A DNA stretch of 64,000 nucleotides from Methanobacteriota archaeon (GTDB taxonomy: Archaea > Thermoplasmatota > Thermoplasmata > UBA10834). Made by a program: the position numbers and the translations under genes. Under the pieces are notes generated by a model. The model saw only the letters and a program-made list of their open reading frames with translations. It ran no database searches and was not told the origin of the DNA. Below, piece by piece: positions 17,780-28,187 of the stretch. The stretch is from NCBI GenBank assembly GCA_020725925.1, contig DYTN01000007.1, positions 9,233 through 73,232 of the forward strand, written 5' to 3'. Numbering within the stretch: the stretch's first letter is position 1; every line of letters begins with the position of its first letter.

Positions 17780-19221
17780 CTGCCGGCCCCCTCGCGCCCG
17801 AACTTCTTGCCCGGGTTCATGATGCCCTTCGGGTCGAACAGCCTCTTGACCTCCCTCATGTACTTCAGGGAGGCGCCGTGCTCCAGCTCGAGGTACGGGG
17901 CCTTCTGGTAGGTGTCGCTCATGAAGGTGCTCATGGTGCCTTCGAAGGCCACCGCGAGCCTGCTGAGCTCGTCGTGGAACTCCCGGAACCTCCTCACCTC
18001 GTCCTTGTCCCTGTAGTTCACGAAGACCGCGCAGGAGAGGGAGAAGCCGATGCTGTTGGGATGCGCCAGGTACGCGTTCATGCCTATGATCTCGAGCCCG
18101 TGCTTCTCGGCCACGCTGATGAACTTGTGATAGAACTCCTCGAGACGGCCGACAGGCACTCCCGGATCTGCCGCGCCGAACTTCTTCTTCGTCTGCGAGT
18201 CCGGCCACGTCTGCTTGAAGGGCTCGAAGTCCAGCGTATACTTGGACATCCACCATGAGTCGACTATCTCGCGCTCTTCCACGAGCTGGGCCTCGAACTC
18301 CTTGGCGATCTTGAGCGCGTGTGCCCTGTGCGAATCCACGACCTCGACATCGCCTGCGAAGGCTATCGCGAGCAGGGCCTCCGCCCATTGTGGGATGTCC
18401 GGGTCCTTCCCGTGCTTTAGCTTGTAGCTGTGCGTGTAGAACCTGAGCCTGCGCTTGCAGTTGATGTGGGCGGCCTCTATGCACAGGCCTGCTTTCAGGA
18501 GCCTGCTGAGGTAGTCGACCGCAGCGCCCATGCGTGGGAATACGAGCATGTCGACCCTGCGAGACGGAGGGATCGGTTCGAGCTTCAGCGTCGCCTCGGT
18601 GATGATTCCGAGCGTGCCCTCGCTCCCCGCGAGCAGGTCCTTGAGCTTGTAGCCCGAGGATGTGAAGTGGGCCTTCCTGTGGCCCAGCTCGAGTATCTCG
18701 CCCGTGCCTGTGACAATCTCCGCGCTCAGCAGGCAGTTGAGTATCTTGCCGTACCTCACCCCGAATGTGGAGTCGTTGTCGCAGGCGATTGCGGAGCCGA
18801 CCGTGCTGACCCATTTCGATTCAGGCTGATGCGGGAGCCAGAGGTCGTAGGGCTGTACCGCGTCGTTGACCTCCTGGAGCGTCGCCCCTGCCTGGGCCCT
18901 CACCGTCTGGTTCTTGGGATCGATCTCCACTATCGCGTTCATTGTGGTCGTATCGACGTAGATGCCGCCGAATATCGGGACAGCGCCGCCGAGCATGCCC
19001 GTGAGGCCGCCGCCCGCAGTCACGGGGATGTCGTGGGCATAGGCGATTTTGACCAGCCGCTGGACGTCCTTGGTCGACCTCGGCAAGACGACGACGTCTG
19101 GCGGGACGAACTCGTCCGGGGTTCTGGGGCTCCAGTCCGCCCCGTACACGAACTTCTCGGAGGGATCTGTGAGGACCTTCTCCCTGCCGAGGACCGCCAC
19201 GAGTTCGTCTATGTATGTCAT
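17776..19221 (-). CDS. FAD-binding oxidoreductase (GlcD/D-lactate dehydrogenase-like)
   Basis: PDVVVLP, GGGLTGMLGGA, GSEGTLGIITEATLKL, FDPKGIMNPGK. Confidence 0.9.
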   Translation of the reverse strand: MTYIDELVAVLGREKVLTDPSEKFVYGADWSPRTPDEFVPPDVVVLPRSTKDVQRLVKIAYAHDIPVTAGGGLTGMLGGAVPIFGGIYVDTTTMNAIVEIDPKNQTVRAQAGATLQEVNDAVQPYDLWLPHQPESKWVSTVGSAIACDNDSTFGVRYGKILNCLLSAEIVTGTGEILELGHRKAHFTSSGYKLKDLLAGSEGTLGIITEATLKLEPIPPSRRVDMLVFPRMGAAVDYLSRLLKAGLCIEAAHINCKRRLRFYTHSYKLKHGKDPDIPQWAEALLAIAFAGDVEVVDSHRAHALKIAKEFEAQLVEEREIVDSWWMSKYTLDFEPFKQTWPDSQTKKKFGAADPGVPVGRLEEFYHKFISVAEKHGLEIIGMNAYLAHPNSIGFSLSCAVFVNYRDKDEVRRFREFHDELSRLAVAFEGTMSTFMSDTYQKAPYLELEHGASLKYMREVKRLFDPKGIMNPGKKFGREGAGR

Positions 19222-19308
19222 CTGTGCCAGGTTGTCAGCGGAATGCCGATACAAAAGCTTGATTGATGTACAATGTTGCGCCGCCGCCCCCGCGGCGGTT
19301 CAGAAGGA

Positions 19309-20259
19309 ATGATTCAATATCCCACCTGGGCATTCGAGCTGCGTCACAGGCAGGTGGATCAGATGGCCGAACAGGTGTTGGAGAGCGGCTTGCTGTACGG
19401 GTTGAAGATGCCCTCGTCATACACGGAGCTCGAGGAGAGGTCCGTGAGGACGATCTTGGATGAGCTGAAGGACTGCCCGAACGCCCTGAAGCTGTTCCAG
19501 ATGCTCCAGGCAGACGAGGAGACCAACACCTACCTCAGCCTCGCCAACTACATCGCCGTGAGAAAGCTGGGGTACAACGACCACGGCCCGATCCATGCGA
19601 GGATCGTGACCGCGAACGGGCTCAGGCTGCTGAGGATCATCCTCGACAGCGATGCGGTCGCCCTGGACTCCGTCAAAGGGCTGGGGATGTCTGAGGACGA
19701 TGCGCACCTGATCGTCGTCGCTGGCTGCTTCCTGCACGACATAGGCAACGCGGTCCACAGAGAGGAGCACGAGGTGTTCAGCGTGATCCTCGCCAAGGGC
19801 ATCCTGGAACGGCTGCTGCCTTCGCTGTGCCCAGATGTGGGGAAGAGAGTGGAGGTCACGGAGCAGATCCTTCACGCGCTCTACGCCCACGACGTAGGCG
19901 AGAACGCGCTCACGATAGAGAGCTCGATCATCGTGATAGCGGACGGGTGCGACATCACGAAGGGCAGGGGAAGGCTCTCGTTCGACCTCGGCAAGCACGA
20001 CATACATTCGATCTCAGCCTTGTCAATCGAGTCCGTCGACATACACAAGGGCAAGACGAAGCTCATTGAGATCGAGGTCAAGATGTCGAACTCGGCCGGA
20101 ATATACCAGGTTCAGGAGACCCTGGGGAACAAGGTCGCGAACAGCCCCTTGAGGGACCATGTCGAGATCGTCGCCGACCTTACTCCCTCCAAGACGCATC
20201 CGGAGACGCGCATACTGGACAGGATAGTCTTCTCGAACGGCAAGTACAGGAACATCTAG
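19309..20259 (+). CDS. HD-domain phosphohydrolase
   Basis: YNDHGPIH, LHDIGN, H..H, ADGCDITKGR. Confidence 0.85.
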   Translation: MIQYPTWAFELRHRQVDQMAEQVLESGLLYGLKMPSSYTELEERSVRTILDELKDCPNALKLFQMLQADEETNTYLSLANYIAVRKLGYNDHGPIHARIVTANGLRLLRIILDSDAVALDSVKGLGMSEDDAHLIVVAGCFLHDIGNAVHREEHEVFSVILAKGILERLLPSLCPDVGKRVEVTEQILHALYAHDVGENALTIESSIIVIADGCDITKGRGRLSFDLGKHDIHSISALSIESVDIHKGKTKLIEIEVKMSNSAGIYQVQETLGNKVANSPLRDHVEIVADLTPSKTHPETRILDRIVFSNGKYRNI

Positions 20260-21110
20260 AGCGAGAAGAGCGGGATCGACACCAAGAGCATGGCCAGCGC
20301 CATCAACTGCCTGAGGCTGAGCCGCTCCTTGAGCCTGATCTTGGCTGCGGCGATAGTCACTATCGGGTAGAGGTTCGTGATCGGCGACACTATCGAGACA
20401 TCGCCGTTCTCTATGGCCAGGTAGAGCGTGATCCCCCCGCCGGCGAAGCACAGCAGAGAGAGCTCGAGCAGCCACTTGTTTGACCTGGGCGTCTCGAACC
20501 TGCCCTTGGCCGTCCCGATCCAATAGACGGCCCAGATGCTGGGACAGACCAGTGCGTACATGCCGATGAAGTTGGTGTTGCCGATATCCGTGATGACGTC
20601 CTTTGCCAAGGCTGCCGACGTGCCCCAGAAGAACAGCGAGCAGGCAGCGAACGCTATGCCCAGGAGCTCCGTTCTCTTCTCTTTGTTGTTGCCCGCCGAG
20701 TACGTGAAGACGAGCATGCTCGCGACCACCAGCGCAACCCCCGCGCCCTCCCCGAGGCTCATGTCCTCGCCCAGGAACACAAGCGCGAGCACGACGGTCC
20801 AGGGCGCATACGCGCCGGCAATCGTGCCGACGATGCTGACCTTGCCATGCCTAAGCGATTCGTAGTAGGTGACGTAGGCGAAGCCCGAGAGCGCAGCGGC
20901 AGCCGCGGCCCACAGCCAGGTCTCAAGTCCAAAAGTGCCGGGCTCGTGCAGGAGGAGCCAGTAGACGCCCCACATGACGAGCATGTTGCCCCCGAGGAGC
21001 ACCAAGAGGCCGGCGGATGCGGCGTCTGCCCTGGTCTCCTTGGCGAAGACCTGGCCGAGACCGTACATCATGATGGTTGCCAAGGAGAACGGCAGCCAGA
21101 GAAGCTCCAT
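20256..21110 (-). CDS. EamA/DMT family transporter
   Basis: Two EamA repeats (GKVSIV / GDVSIVSP, LGE / LKERL), about 10 hydrophobic segments. Confidence 0.87.
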   Translation of the reverse strand: MELLWLPFSLATIMMYGLGQVFAKETRADAASAGLLVLLGGNMLVMWGVYWLLLHEPGTFGLETWLWAAAAAALSGFAYVTYYESLRHGKVSIVGTIAGAYAPWTVVLALVFLGEDMSLGEGAGVALVVASMLVFTYSAGNNKEKRTELLGIAFAACSLFFWGTSAALAKDVITDIGNTNFIGMYALVCPSIWAVYWIGTAKGRFETPRSNKWLLELSLLCFAGGGITLYLAIENGDVSIVSPITNLYPIVTIAAAKIRLKERLSLRQLMALAMLLVSIPLFSL

Positions 21111-21180
21111 CAGACGCGTGCATGACCATGGCCTAGATATACCTTGCCCAGCAAACGCACCGTCGGGGGCAGAGTCTCGG

Positions 21181-21435
21181 TCATGTCATGCCCTTTGCGC
21201 GCATGTCCTTCTCGAACAGGGTTCTGCCCCTGTAGTCTATCCTGAGAATCCTGTGGTACGGGATCGTCGCATCGTCTGTCTCGAAGAATCCCCTCCCCAG
21301 GGACGAGATCCTGTCCCCAGCAATCTTGAGCACGTCTCCAGGCGCTCCTCGGTGGATGTACCAAATCACCGCATCTGCCAGGGATTCGCCCTCAGTCCAC
21401 CTGAGCTTGTTCAGAACATCCCTTGGATAGACCAT
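21181..21435 (-). CDS. DUF504 / MJ1316-like RNA-end recognition domain protein
   Basis: PRDVLNKLRW...YIHRGAP...IPYHRILRI pattern. Confidence 0.82.
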   Translation of the reverse strand: MVYPRDVLNKLRWTEGESLADAVIWYIHRGAPGDVLKIAGDRISSLGRGFFETDDATIPYHRILRIDYRGRTLFEKDMRAKGMT

Positions 21436-21505
21436 CTAGAGGACGATTCCCTTGCGGGCGATATCATCGTTTCGGAGCTAGCGCTCAGGTCCTGCGTCCA
21501 AGCAC

Positions 21506-22695
21506 TCAGCCGAGCTTCTCCACGATCTTCTCCGCAAGCTCCAGCACCTTGGCGTACTCAGCCTCCTTTGGCGGGCCCTTGACGTCCACGACTCCGAGGA
21601 CCTCGATCTTGGTCCCCTCGAGGAACGACTGGAGCTGCCTGACCGCTCCGCCCGACCAGCCGTGCGATGTCAGCATGACGGCGTGCTTCGTCGGTGCACG
21701 CAGCGTCTTGACGAGGAGCGCGGCATAGGCTCCTACTGGATGCATACCGCTCAGGACTGTTGGGGCACCTACCACCAGGACAGGGGAGTCCACCAACTCC
21801 TTGGCGACATCGCCGATGTCCGATGCTGTGAGGTCGAACATGTTGACGATGACACCCTTCTTGACCAGCGCCTCCTTGAGCGCGTTCACCAGCTTCCCAG
21901 TGCTGCCCCACATGGTCACATACGCCACCAGGACCTTCCTCTCCATCTTCTCCGCGGTCCAGTTGGTGTAGGCATCAAGTATGATCTTCGTGTCCCCCAG
22001 ATTACTCCGTGGGAGGGCGCGATGATTTTCGGGCCCAGTTTCTTGACCTTCTCGAGGGCGTTCTGCCCCGGCTTCCTGAAGGGCATCATGATCTCCGCGA
22101 AGTACAGCTTGGCCATGTCCACTGCCAGCTCGTTGCCGTACTCCTCCGCGTAGAACGCTCCAGCGGCCACGTGCGAGCCGAAGAAGTCGCACGGGAAGAG
22201 TATCTTGTCCTCCTCCAGATAGGTAAAGATCGTCTCCGGCCAGTGCAGCCAAGGAGCGTCCACGAACCTGAGGGTCTTGCCGCCAAGATCGATCCTGGTC
22301 GTCTCATCGACGACAAGGATCCTCTCGGGGTCGATATCGAAGTACATCATGGCAGCCTCCTTGCCCTTGGCCCCGGCCACGAGCTTCGCGTTCTTCGCCA
22401 CGGTCAGCATGAGCTTCGTAGCGTTCGCGTGGTCTGGCTCCGCGTGGTTCATGATGATGTAGTCTATCTTCGCCGGGTCTGCGTGCGCGGATATCTTGTC
22501 CAGGAGCTCCTGCTCGAACCCTGGGTTGACCGTGTCGATCAGGGCTGTCTTCTCCTTGCCCACGACGAGATACGCGTTGTAGCTCGTCCCGTGAGGCAGC
22601 GGGATGAGACCGTCGAACAGTCTCCTGTTGTGGTGCTTGATCCCAACCCAAAACACGCCTGGCGCTATCGAAATCGTGCCGCTTGGCATCGCCAT
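21506..22695 (-). pseudogene. fprA: Flavodiiron protein FprA (MBL + flavodoxin), frameshifted near 21995
   Basis: GTSYNAYL, NHAEPDH, HWPE, CDFFGSH, APSHG in one frame; flavodoxin YVTMWGST..., SHGWSGGA in another; junction at a G5 run. Confidence 0.85.
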
Positions 22696-22824
22696 CGCAT
22701 CATCCTCTTCGTGCTGCGAATATTGAGCGGGTTATTAGACTTGTTGCTGACGAACACCCTCGGCCTCTGGGTGGTCCCAGCTGATGCGAACGGTTAATTC
22801 GAGATATCCCGATATGGATTTCGA

Positions 22825-24456
22825 GTGCGGAGCTTGATCGAAGGCAACATCGTGGACGTCCGGCACAAGAAGATCTTCCCTGGGAGGGTCGAGTTCGAGG
22901 GGGGCAGGATCAAGAGCGTAGAACCAGTGGGAGGCGACCTGCAGGGGTACATCATCCCCGGACTGATAGACTCGCACATACATATCGAGTCCTCCCTGGT
23001 CGTGCCATCCCGGTTCGCCGAGGCCGTCGTCCCCCATGGCACTACGACCGTCATCACAGACCCGCACGAGATCGCGAACGTCCTGGGCCTCCAGGGCATC
23101 GAGTACATGGTCAAGGATTCGAAGACCGTGCCGCTGAGGGTCTACTTCACGGCGCCATCGTGCGTCCCCGCGACCACCTTCGAGACCTCCGGGGCGAAGC
23201 TGGGGCCAGCGGAGATCGAGTCCCTGCTCGCCAGGGAGGAGTTCGTGGCCCTCGGGGAGATGATGAACTATCCGGGGGCGATCGCCCAAGACCCTGAGGT
23301 GATGGCCAAGATCGATGTCGCCAAGAGGCTGGGCAAGCCGATCGACGGCCACTGCCCGATGTTGCTCGGGGATGGCCTGAAGGCATATGCGAAGCTCGGG
23401 ATAACGACGGATCACGAGTGCACTTCCTCCGAGGAGGCCCAGGCGAAGTACGCCGCTGGCATGATGGTCATGGTGCGCCAGGGGAGCGCGTCGAAGAACC
23501 TGCCGGCACTGGCGAGCTTCGCGAAGAAGCACGAGTTCCTCCTGGTGTCCGATGACAAGAGCGTCTCCGACCTGATGCTTGGGCACCTGGACAAGTCGCT
23601 CGCCGAGGCCGTCTCGCTGGGCATCGACCCCCTGCACGCACTCCGCGCGGCGACGATCAACCCTGCACTGCACTACAAGCTCCCCCTTGGGGTGATCGAG
23701 CCTGGCATGGCAGCGGACGTCGTCAGGGTCAAGGACCTCAACGGGTTCGAGGTCGAGGAGGTGTACATCGAGGGGAACCTCGTGGCCTCCAGCGGGGCAG
23801 CCAAGTTCGAGGTCAAGCCGAAGGAGATGGTCAACCAGTTCGTCCTCCAGAGAAGGATTCCGTCCGACTTCGACGTCCAGGCAAAGGGCCCGATGGCCGA
23901 GGCGCGCGTGATCGGCGTTGTGCACGACGAGATAGTCACGAAGAGCCTGACTGCGACGCTCCCTGTGGACAACGGCCGGGTCATGCCCAACATCGACCAG
24001 GACATCCTCAGGATAGCCGTCGTCAACAGGTACAGGGACGCGCCTGCGAGCAACGCGTTCGTGAAGGGGTTTGGCCTCAAGTCCGGCGCGATTGCCTCGA
24101 CCGTCGCCCATGATTCCCACAACATCATCGTGGTGGGCACGAGCAACGAGGACATGGCCATGGCTGTGAACACAATCATCCAGGAGGGCGGCGGGTTCTG
24201 CGCGTGCGCTGCTGGCAAGTCCAACATGCTCAACCTGCGCGTGGCCGGCCTCATGTGCACCAAACCAGTGTTCGACGTGAGAAGGGCCCTCGACTCTCTC
24301 CACGAGAAGGTCAAGGAGCTCGGGTGCAAGGCCGAGAGCCCCTTCATGACGATGTCCTTCCTGAGCCTTCTGGTCGTCCCCAGCCTGAAGCTCGGGGACA
24401 AGGGTCTGCTCGACGTTGAGTCGTTCAAGTTCGTGAGCGTGCTCACGAGCCCGTGA
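22825..24456 (+). CDS. ade: Adenine deaminase
   Basis: DSHIHIESS, DPHEIANVLG, EMMNYPG, DGHCP, TDHEC, AHDSHN. Confidence 0.95.
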   Translation: MRSLIEGNIVDVRHKKIFPGRVEFEGGRIKSVEPVGGDLQGYIIPGLIDSHIHIESSLVVPSRFAEAVVPHGTTTVITDPHEIANVLGLQGIEYMVKDSKTVPLRVYFTAPSCVPATTFETSGAKLGPAEIESLLAREEFVALGEMMNYPGAIAQDPEVMAKIDVAKRLGKPIDGHCPMLLGDGLKAYAKLGITTDHECTSSEEAQAKYAAGMMVMVRQGSASKNLPALASFAKKHEFLLVSDDKSVSDLMLGHLDKSLAEAVSLGIDPLHALRAATINPALHYKLPLGVIEPGMAADVVRVKDLNGFEVEEVYIEGNLVASSGAAKFEVKPKEMVNQFVLQRRIPSDFDVQAKGPMAEARVIGVVHDEIVTKSLTATLPVDNGRVMPNIDQDILRIAVVNRYRDAPASNAFVKGFGLKSGAIASTVAHDSHNIIVVGTSNEDMAMAVNTIIQEGGGFCACAAGKSNMLNLRVAGLMCTKPVFDVRRALDSLHEKVKELGCKAESPFMTMSFLSLLVVPSLKLGDKGLLDVESFKFVSVLTSP

Positions 24457-24510
24457 CCGCCAGGGAGCGGGGAAACAACGTTTATTACCCCAATAGCGAT
24501 TCGTGCATCC

Positions 24511-25068
24511 ATGGCACTGGAAGCTCTCAAAGCGTCGCTCCTCGAATCCCCGGTCGTCAAGCGCGGCGATTACGACTACATGGTCCACCCCATCACAGAC
24601 GGGATACCCCGGGTCGAACCTGCCATCTTAAAGGAGGTCGCAGACGCGATGGCCGAGATCGGCAACTTCGACTGCGACGTCATCATGACAATCGAGGCCC
24701 TCGGCATACCCCTCGCGACCACCCTGGCCCTCAAGACCGGCAAGCCGTTCAACATCGTGAGGAAGAGGATGTACGGCCTTCCTGGCGAGGTCAACATGTC
24801 TCAGGTCACGGGGTACTCGAAGTCCCAGCTCTTCATCAACGGCATCAAGGCCGGGAACCGCGTGGTCATCGTCGATGACGTGATCAGCACGGGCGGCACG
24901 CTCTGGGCGCTCGTCGAGGCCCTGAAGTCGATGCAGGTCAAGATCGTGGACATATTGGTCGTCGTCGAGAAGACGGACAAGAAGGCCGAGATCGAGAGGA
25001 AGCTCGGGTGCCCGATCAAGACCCTCGTCAAGGTTGACGTCGTCGGCGGGAAGGTCGTCGTGCTGTAG
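24511..25068 (+). CDS. hpt: Purine (hypoxanthine/guanine) phosphoribosyltransferase
   Basis: YMVHPITDG, VIVDDVISTGGT PRPP-binding loop. Confidence 0.85.
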   Translation: MALEALKASLLESPVVKRGDYDYMVHPITDGIPRVEPAILKEVADAMAEIGNFDCDVIMTIEALGIPLATTLALKTGKPFNIVRKRMYGLPGEVNMSQVTGYSKSQLFINGIKAGNRVVIVDDVISTGGTLWALVEALKSMQVKIVDILVVVEKTDKKAEIERKLGCPIKTLVKVDVVGGKVVVL

Positions 25069-25165
25069 CGGCCGCTTCCTGATATCAGAGCACATCGTCC
25101 AGATGCGGCATTCTGTTTGAAGCAAAAGGGTTCATCTAAGTAGCACCGCGCGAAGCCTACGTGCA

Positions 25166-26605
25166 ATGCGCGCCCGCAACTCGCTCGAGCGCGTTCGCAT
25201 GCGCGTGGACGCGATAGCCTTCGTCGTTTCGATTGCGGCGATCTCGGCTCTCGGGGCAGGCCTGGGGTTCCTCGCGGGTCTCGTGCCGGGCCTTCACATG
25301 AACAACATCGCCGCCGCACTGACGGCGTACTCCGGAGCATCCATCGCCTTCGTCGCGGTCTTTGGGGATGTGCTCGCCGTCGACGAGCTCGGGCTACTCG
25401 CCGCATGTCTCGTCGCGTCAGCGATGACAGGCCACGCGTTTGCCGAGGCGATCACGTCGGCCTATGTTGGGATACCTGCCGAGGACGTGGTCTCCGTTCT
25501 TCCCGCGCACAGGCTGGCTCGAGCTGGCCTAGGTGGTGTGGCCGTGCGTGCTGGAGCCGACGGCACGATGGCCGGGCTGCTGTTTGCTGCGCTCCTGATA
25601 GTGCCCGTGTGCTTTATCATGGGCCCTCCGGTCGACCTCTATTCTCATCTCCGCAGATTCATCGGACTGATCGTCGTGCTGTTCTCCATAGTCCTGCTGA
25701 CGTCGGAGATGAGCCCGTCGCTGGCGTCGAGGAATGCCGGCCCTCGTCTTGGCAGGGCGCTTGCCAAGACCTGCGCTGTGTTCGGCGCATCAGGCGTCAT
25801 CGGCTCGATAGTCCTGCTGTCAGGATACTGCTGGTGTGACCTCCCAGACGCGCCCTGGCTCGCCCATCGCATCGTGTCGCCATCGTCATTGCTCCTGCCC
25901 ATGTTCGCGGGCCTCTTCGGCGTTCCGGGGCTGCTGCTCAGCCTGGGATCGAGGGCCGTGCCAGACGCTGGGAGTCTGGACATGCGGTCCCATCGCCACC
26001 GGCCTGGCGTCCGGGACCTGCTCTTGTCGTTCTCCGGCGGAATCCTCGTCGGATGGATGCCGGGAATGACCTCGGGATCTGCGGTCACGGTGTGCGCACC
26101 TTCGCTCAGGGACTCGCCGGACTCGTTGAGCATCGCGGGCTCGTCGCGGTTCATCTGGCTGTACTCGGCGATTTCCTCCTCAGGGGCGGTCTTCTCCCTC
26201 GGCGCACTGTTCGTCATAATGCGCGCGCGCAGCGGCTCCATGGACGCCCTCCAGTTCTTCCTTCGCATGGAGGGACTGGGCGGAAAGGGCGCGGATTGGG
26301 GGCTGCCCATGAGCGTCCTCCTGCTGTCGATAGTCTTGTCGGCCATCCTCTCGGTGCTGTTGCTGGAACGGTTGAGCGCCCGCGTATCGCGCGTCGAGCG
26401 GGTGCTGCTTTCGAGACGCGTGACGATTGCCTCGCTCGTCTTCATATGCGGCCTGTCGGTCGCCCTGACCGGCATACGGGGCGGGATGCTCATGGTTGCC
26501 TGCACCTCGCTCGGCCTCATTCCTCCGCTGATCGGTGTCCGGAGAATCCAGCTCATGGGCTGTCTGCTCGTGCCTGTTGCGCTGACGCTGCTCAGGGTTG
26601 TCTGA
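25166..26605 (+). CDS. TctA-like (DUF112) tripartite tricarboxylate transporter permease
   Basis: GLVPGLHMN, SVLPAHRL..G.G, PMFAGLFG, GWMPGM, ARSG, RRIQLMGCLLVP. Confidence 0.8.
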   Translation: MRARNSLERVRMRVDAIAFVVSIAAISALGAGLGFLAGLVPGLHMNNIAAALTAYSGASIAFVAVFGDVLAVDELGLLAACLVASAMTGHAFAEAITSAYVGIPAEDVVSVLPAHRLARAGLGGVAVRAGADGTMAGLLFAALLIVPVCFIMGPPVDLYSHLRRFIGLIVVLFSIVLLTSEMSPSLASRNAGPRLGRALAKTCAVFGASGVIGSIVLLSGYCWCDLPDAPWLAHRIVSPSSLLLPMFAGLFGVPGLLLSLGSRAVPDAGSLDMRSHRHRPGVRDLLLSFSGGILVGWMPGMTSGSAVTVCAPSLRDSPDSLSIAGSSRFIWLYSAISSSGAVFSLGALFVIMRARSGSMDALQFFLRMEGLGGKGADWGLPMSVLLLSIVLSAILSVLLLERLSARVSRVERVLLSRRVTIASLVFICGLSVALTGIRGGMLMVACTSLGLIPPLIGVRRIQLMGCLLVPVALTLLRVV

Positions 26606-27136
26606 TCATCTTCTGTCCAGGTAGAGCGATATGGCGCTGTCGACCAGCTTGTCCAGGAAGCTCGGGCGGTAGACCATCAGCACCTTCATGACGCTCTCCT
26701 CGTCGGCCACGAAGTACAGGTTCTCCTTGCCCCTGCGCTCCCTCCTGAGAACGTTCTTCCTGAGGAGGATGGACAGGTACGTGGAAAGGGTGGATGCGGG
26801 GAGCTGGAGGGCGGCCATCATGCTCGAGTGGGTCGCCCCCGGACTGTTCAGCAGGTGGAGCACAATCCTCCTCAGGCCCTCCTGTCTGAGGGCCTCGAAG
26901 GTCTCCGTGGGCACGCTCGGTATCCTGCCCTTCGGGAAGAACCGCTTGAAGTACCTGTCCTCTCTGGCGAAGATGAGGTCCTCTCGTTGCAGGCGGTCCA
27001 GATGGTATCTCACCACCCCCAGGGGAAGATTCGCCAGTCGCTCTATCTCCCGGAGGTGGACGCCTGGATTGCGGACGACTATCTCATACACCGCTTTTCT
27101 TGTCCCCAGTTCCGGGTTGTTCCTCAACAGACGCAC
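26606..27136 (-). CDS. Tandem winged-helix transcriptional regulator (ArsR-like)
   Basis: NPGVHLREI...GVVRYHL and SPGATH...STLSTYL; two wHTH units. Confidence 0.85.
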   Translation of the reverse strand: MRLLRNNPELGTRKAVYEIVVRNPGVHLREIERLANLPLGVVRYHLDRLQREDLIFAREDRYFKRFFPKGRIPSVPTETFEALRQEGLRRIVLHLLNSPGATHSSMMAALQLPASTLSTYLSILLRKNVLRRERRGKENLYFVADEESVMKVLMVYRPSFLDKLVDSAISLYLDRR

Positions 27137-27446
27137 CTTGTCTCCAGAGCAGCGCCGCCACGAAGAGCAGGATGATGGCGAGATCGATCGCGGCCTCGAC
27201 GAGCGCGAGCTCGGAGTGCGTCACGCTCGGCGCGTGCGGGTTCTTCTCCTTGAGCACTATTGTGAAGGTGCCCGCAGCCAGCAGAATCTCCTTCACGACG
27301 AATATGCCGAACCCCAGGGCTGCGAGCAGCAGCCTTGTCATCCGTGTGCGCCAATACGACTTCAAAAAGACGATGAAGGGTATGAGCGCGCACACGGCGA
27401 CCAATAGCCTGATCGCGATTGCCATCTCTTCGTCCACGGCGCTCAC
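27084..27446 (-). CDS. Small three-TM membrane protein
   Basis: Hydrophobic helices, SYWRTRMTRLLLAALGF; GTG start; overlaps the regulator gene by 53 nt. Confidence 0.7.
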   Translation of the reverse strand: MSAVDEEMAIAIRLLVAVCALIPFIVFLKSYWRTRMTRLLLAALGFGIFVVKEILLAAGTFTIVLKEKNPHAPSVTHSELALVEAAIDLAIILLFVAALLWRQGASVEEQPGTGDKKSGV

Positions 27447-27584
27447 CTTCTGTGCAGGCGATATCCAGGAGGCGCTAGATAATCGTTGACAGGGAAATGC
27501 CGAAAGGGGTTATCAGAGGAAGGGGACCGCCTTACTCCCCCCGAATTCGCAGTACCCGGCTAGGGCGCTCCTCCCTCGGCCTTG

Positions 27585-28082
27585 TTAGTCGTCCTCATCG
27601 GACGGAGGCCAAGGATCAATACCGAGCGCCTTTGGGCCTCCTGCCCAAGGCGGTCTCCCTTCCTCCTTTATCGTCAGCTCCTCACCAGTCGTGAGGTTCT
27701 CTATGTGCCACGCGCAGAGGACCTCCAAGCCGTCCTCCACCTCCGGCTCGCCCGTCACCTTGACCATGTCGCCCACGGCCACGACATCCGTGACGTCGGT
27801 GTCTTGGACCATCCAGTACCACCACGGCCCGAACTTCACCGCTGTCTGGTCATCTATGAGGAACGCCGTTGGGATGTCCGGGTGCGCGCTCATGGTCCGG
27901 ACGACCTCATCGTCAGCGTCGTCATGGTCGTCGTACAGGAATGCGGTCACGATGCCCTCGACCGTGACCAAGTCTGGGTTGACCTCGTCCTGACCATCGT
28001 TCAGTGCTATCGCCAAGGGCGTCGCTGTGAGAACGAGTGCCGCTATCGCAATGGCGGGCAGCGTGAGCTTTGGAATGAACAC
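27585..28082 (-). CDS. Secreted acidic protein, possible OB-fold
   Basis: Signal-peptide-like N-terminus; VTVEG.V, FGPWWY, VGDMVKVTG, GRPPWAGG; GGGGGAG RBS. Confidence 0.7.
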   Translation of the reverse strand: MFIPKLTLPAIAIAALVLTATPLAIALNDGQDEVNPDLVTVEGIVTAFLYDDHDDADDEVVRTMSAHPDIPTAFLIDDQTAVKFGPWWYWMVQDTDVTDVVAVGDMVKVTGEPEVEDGLEVLCAWHIENLTTGEELTIKEEGRPPWAGGPKALGIDPWPPSDEDD

Positions 28083-28187
28083 TTCGATCTCCCCCCTTCT
28101 CCTGCACTGACCTGTTAGCCTGCATCGTATTTATTCTTGTCGTCGAGGTGTGCCGAACATAGCACAAATCTCGAAATCAGGTGTGAT

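Noticed and set aside
16625-18814. 729-aa ORF as a single fused protein
   Set aside because: Its N-terminal half is an alternative frame of the FAD oxidoreductase; the real Fe-S gene starts at GTG 17779.
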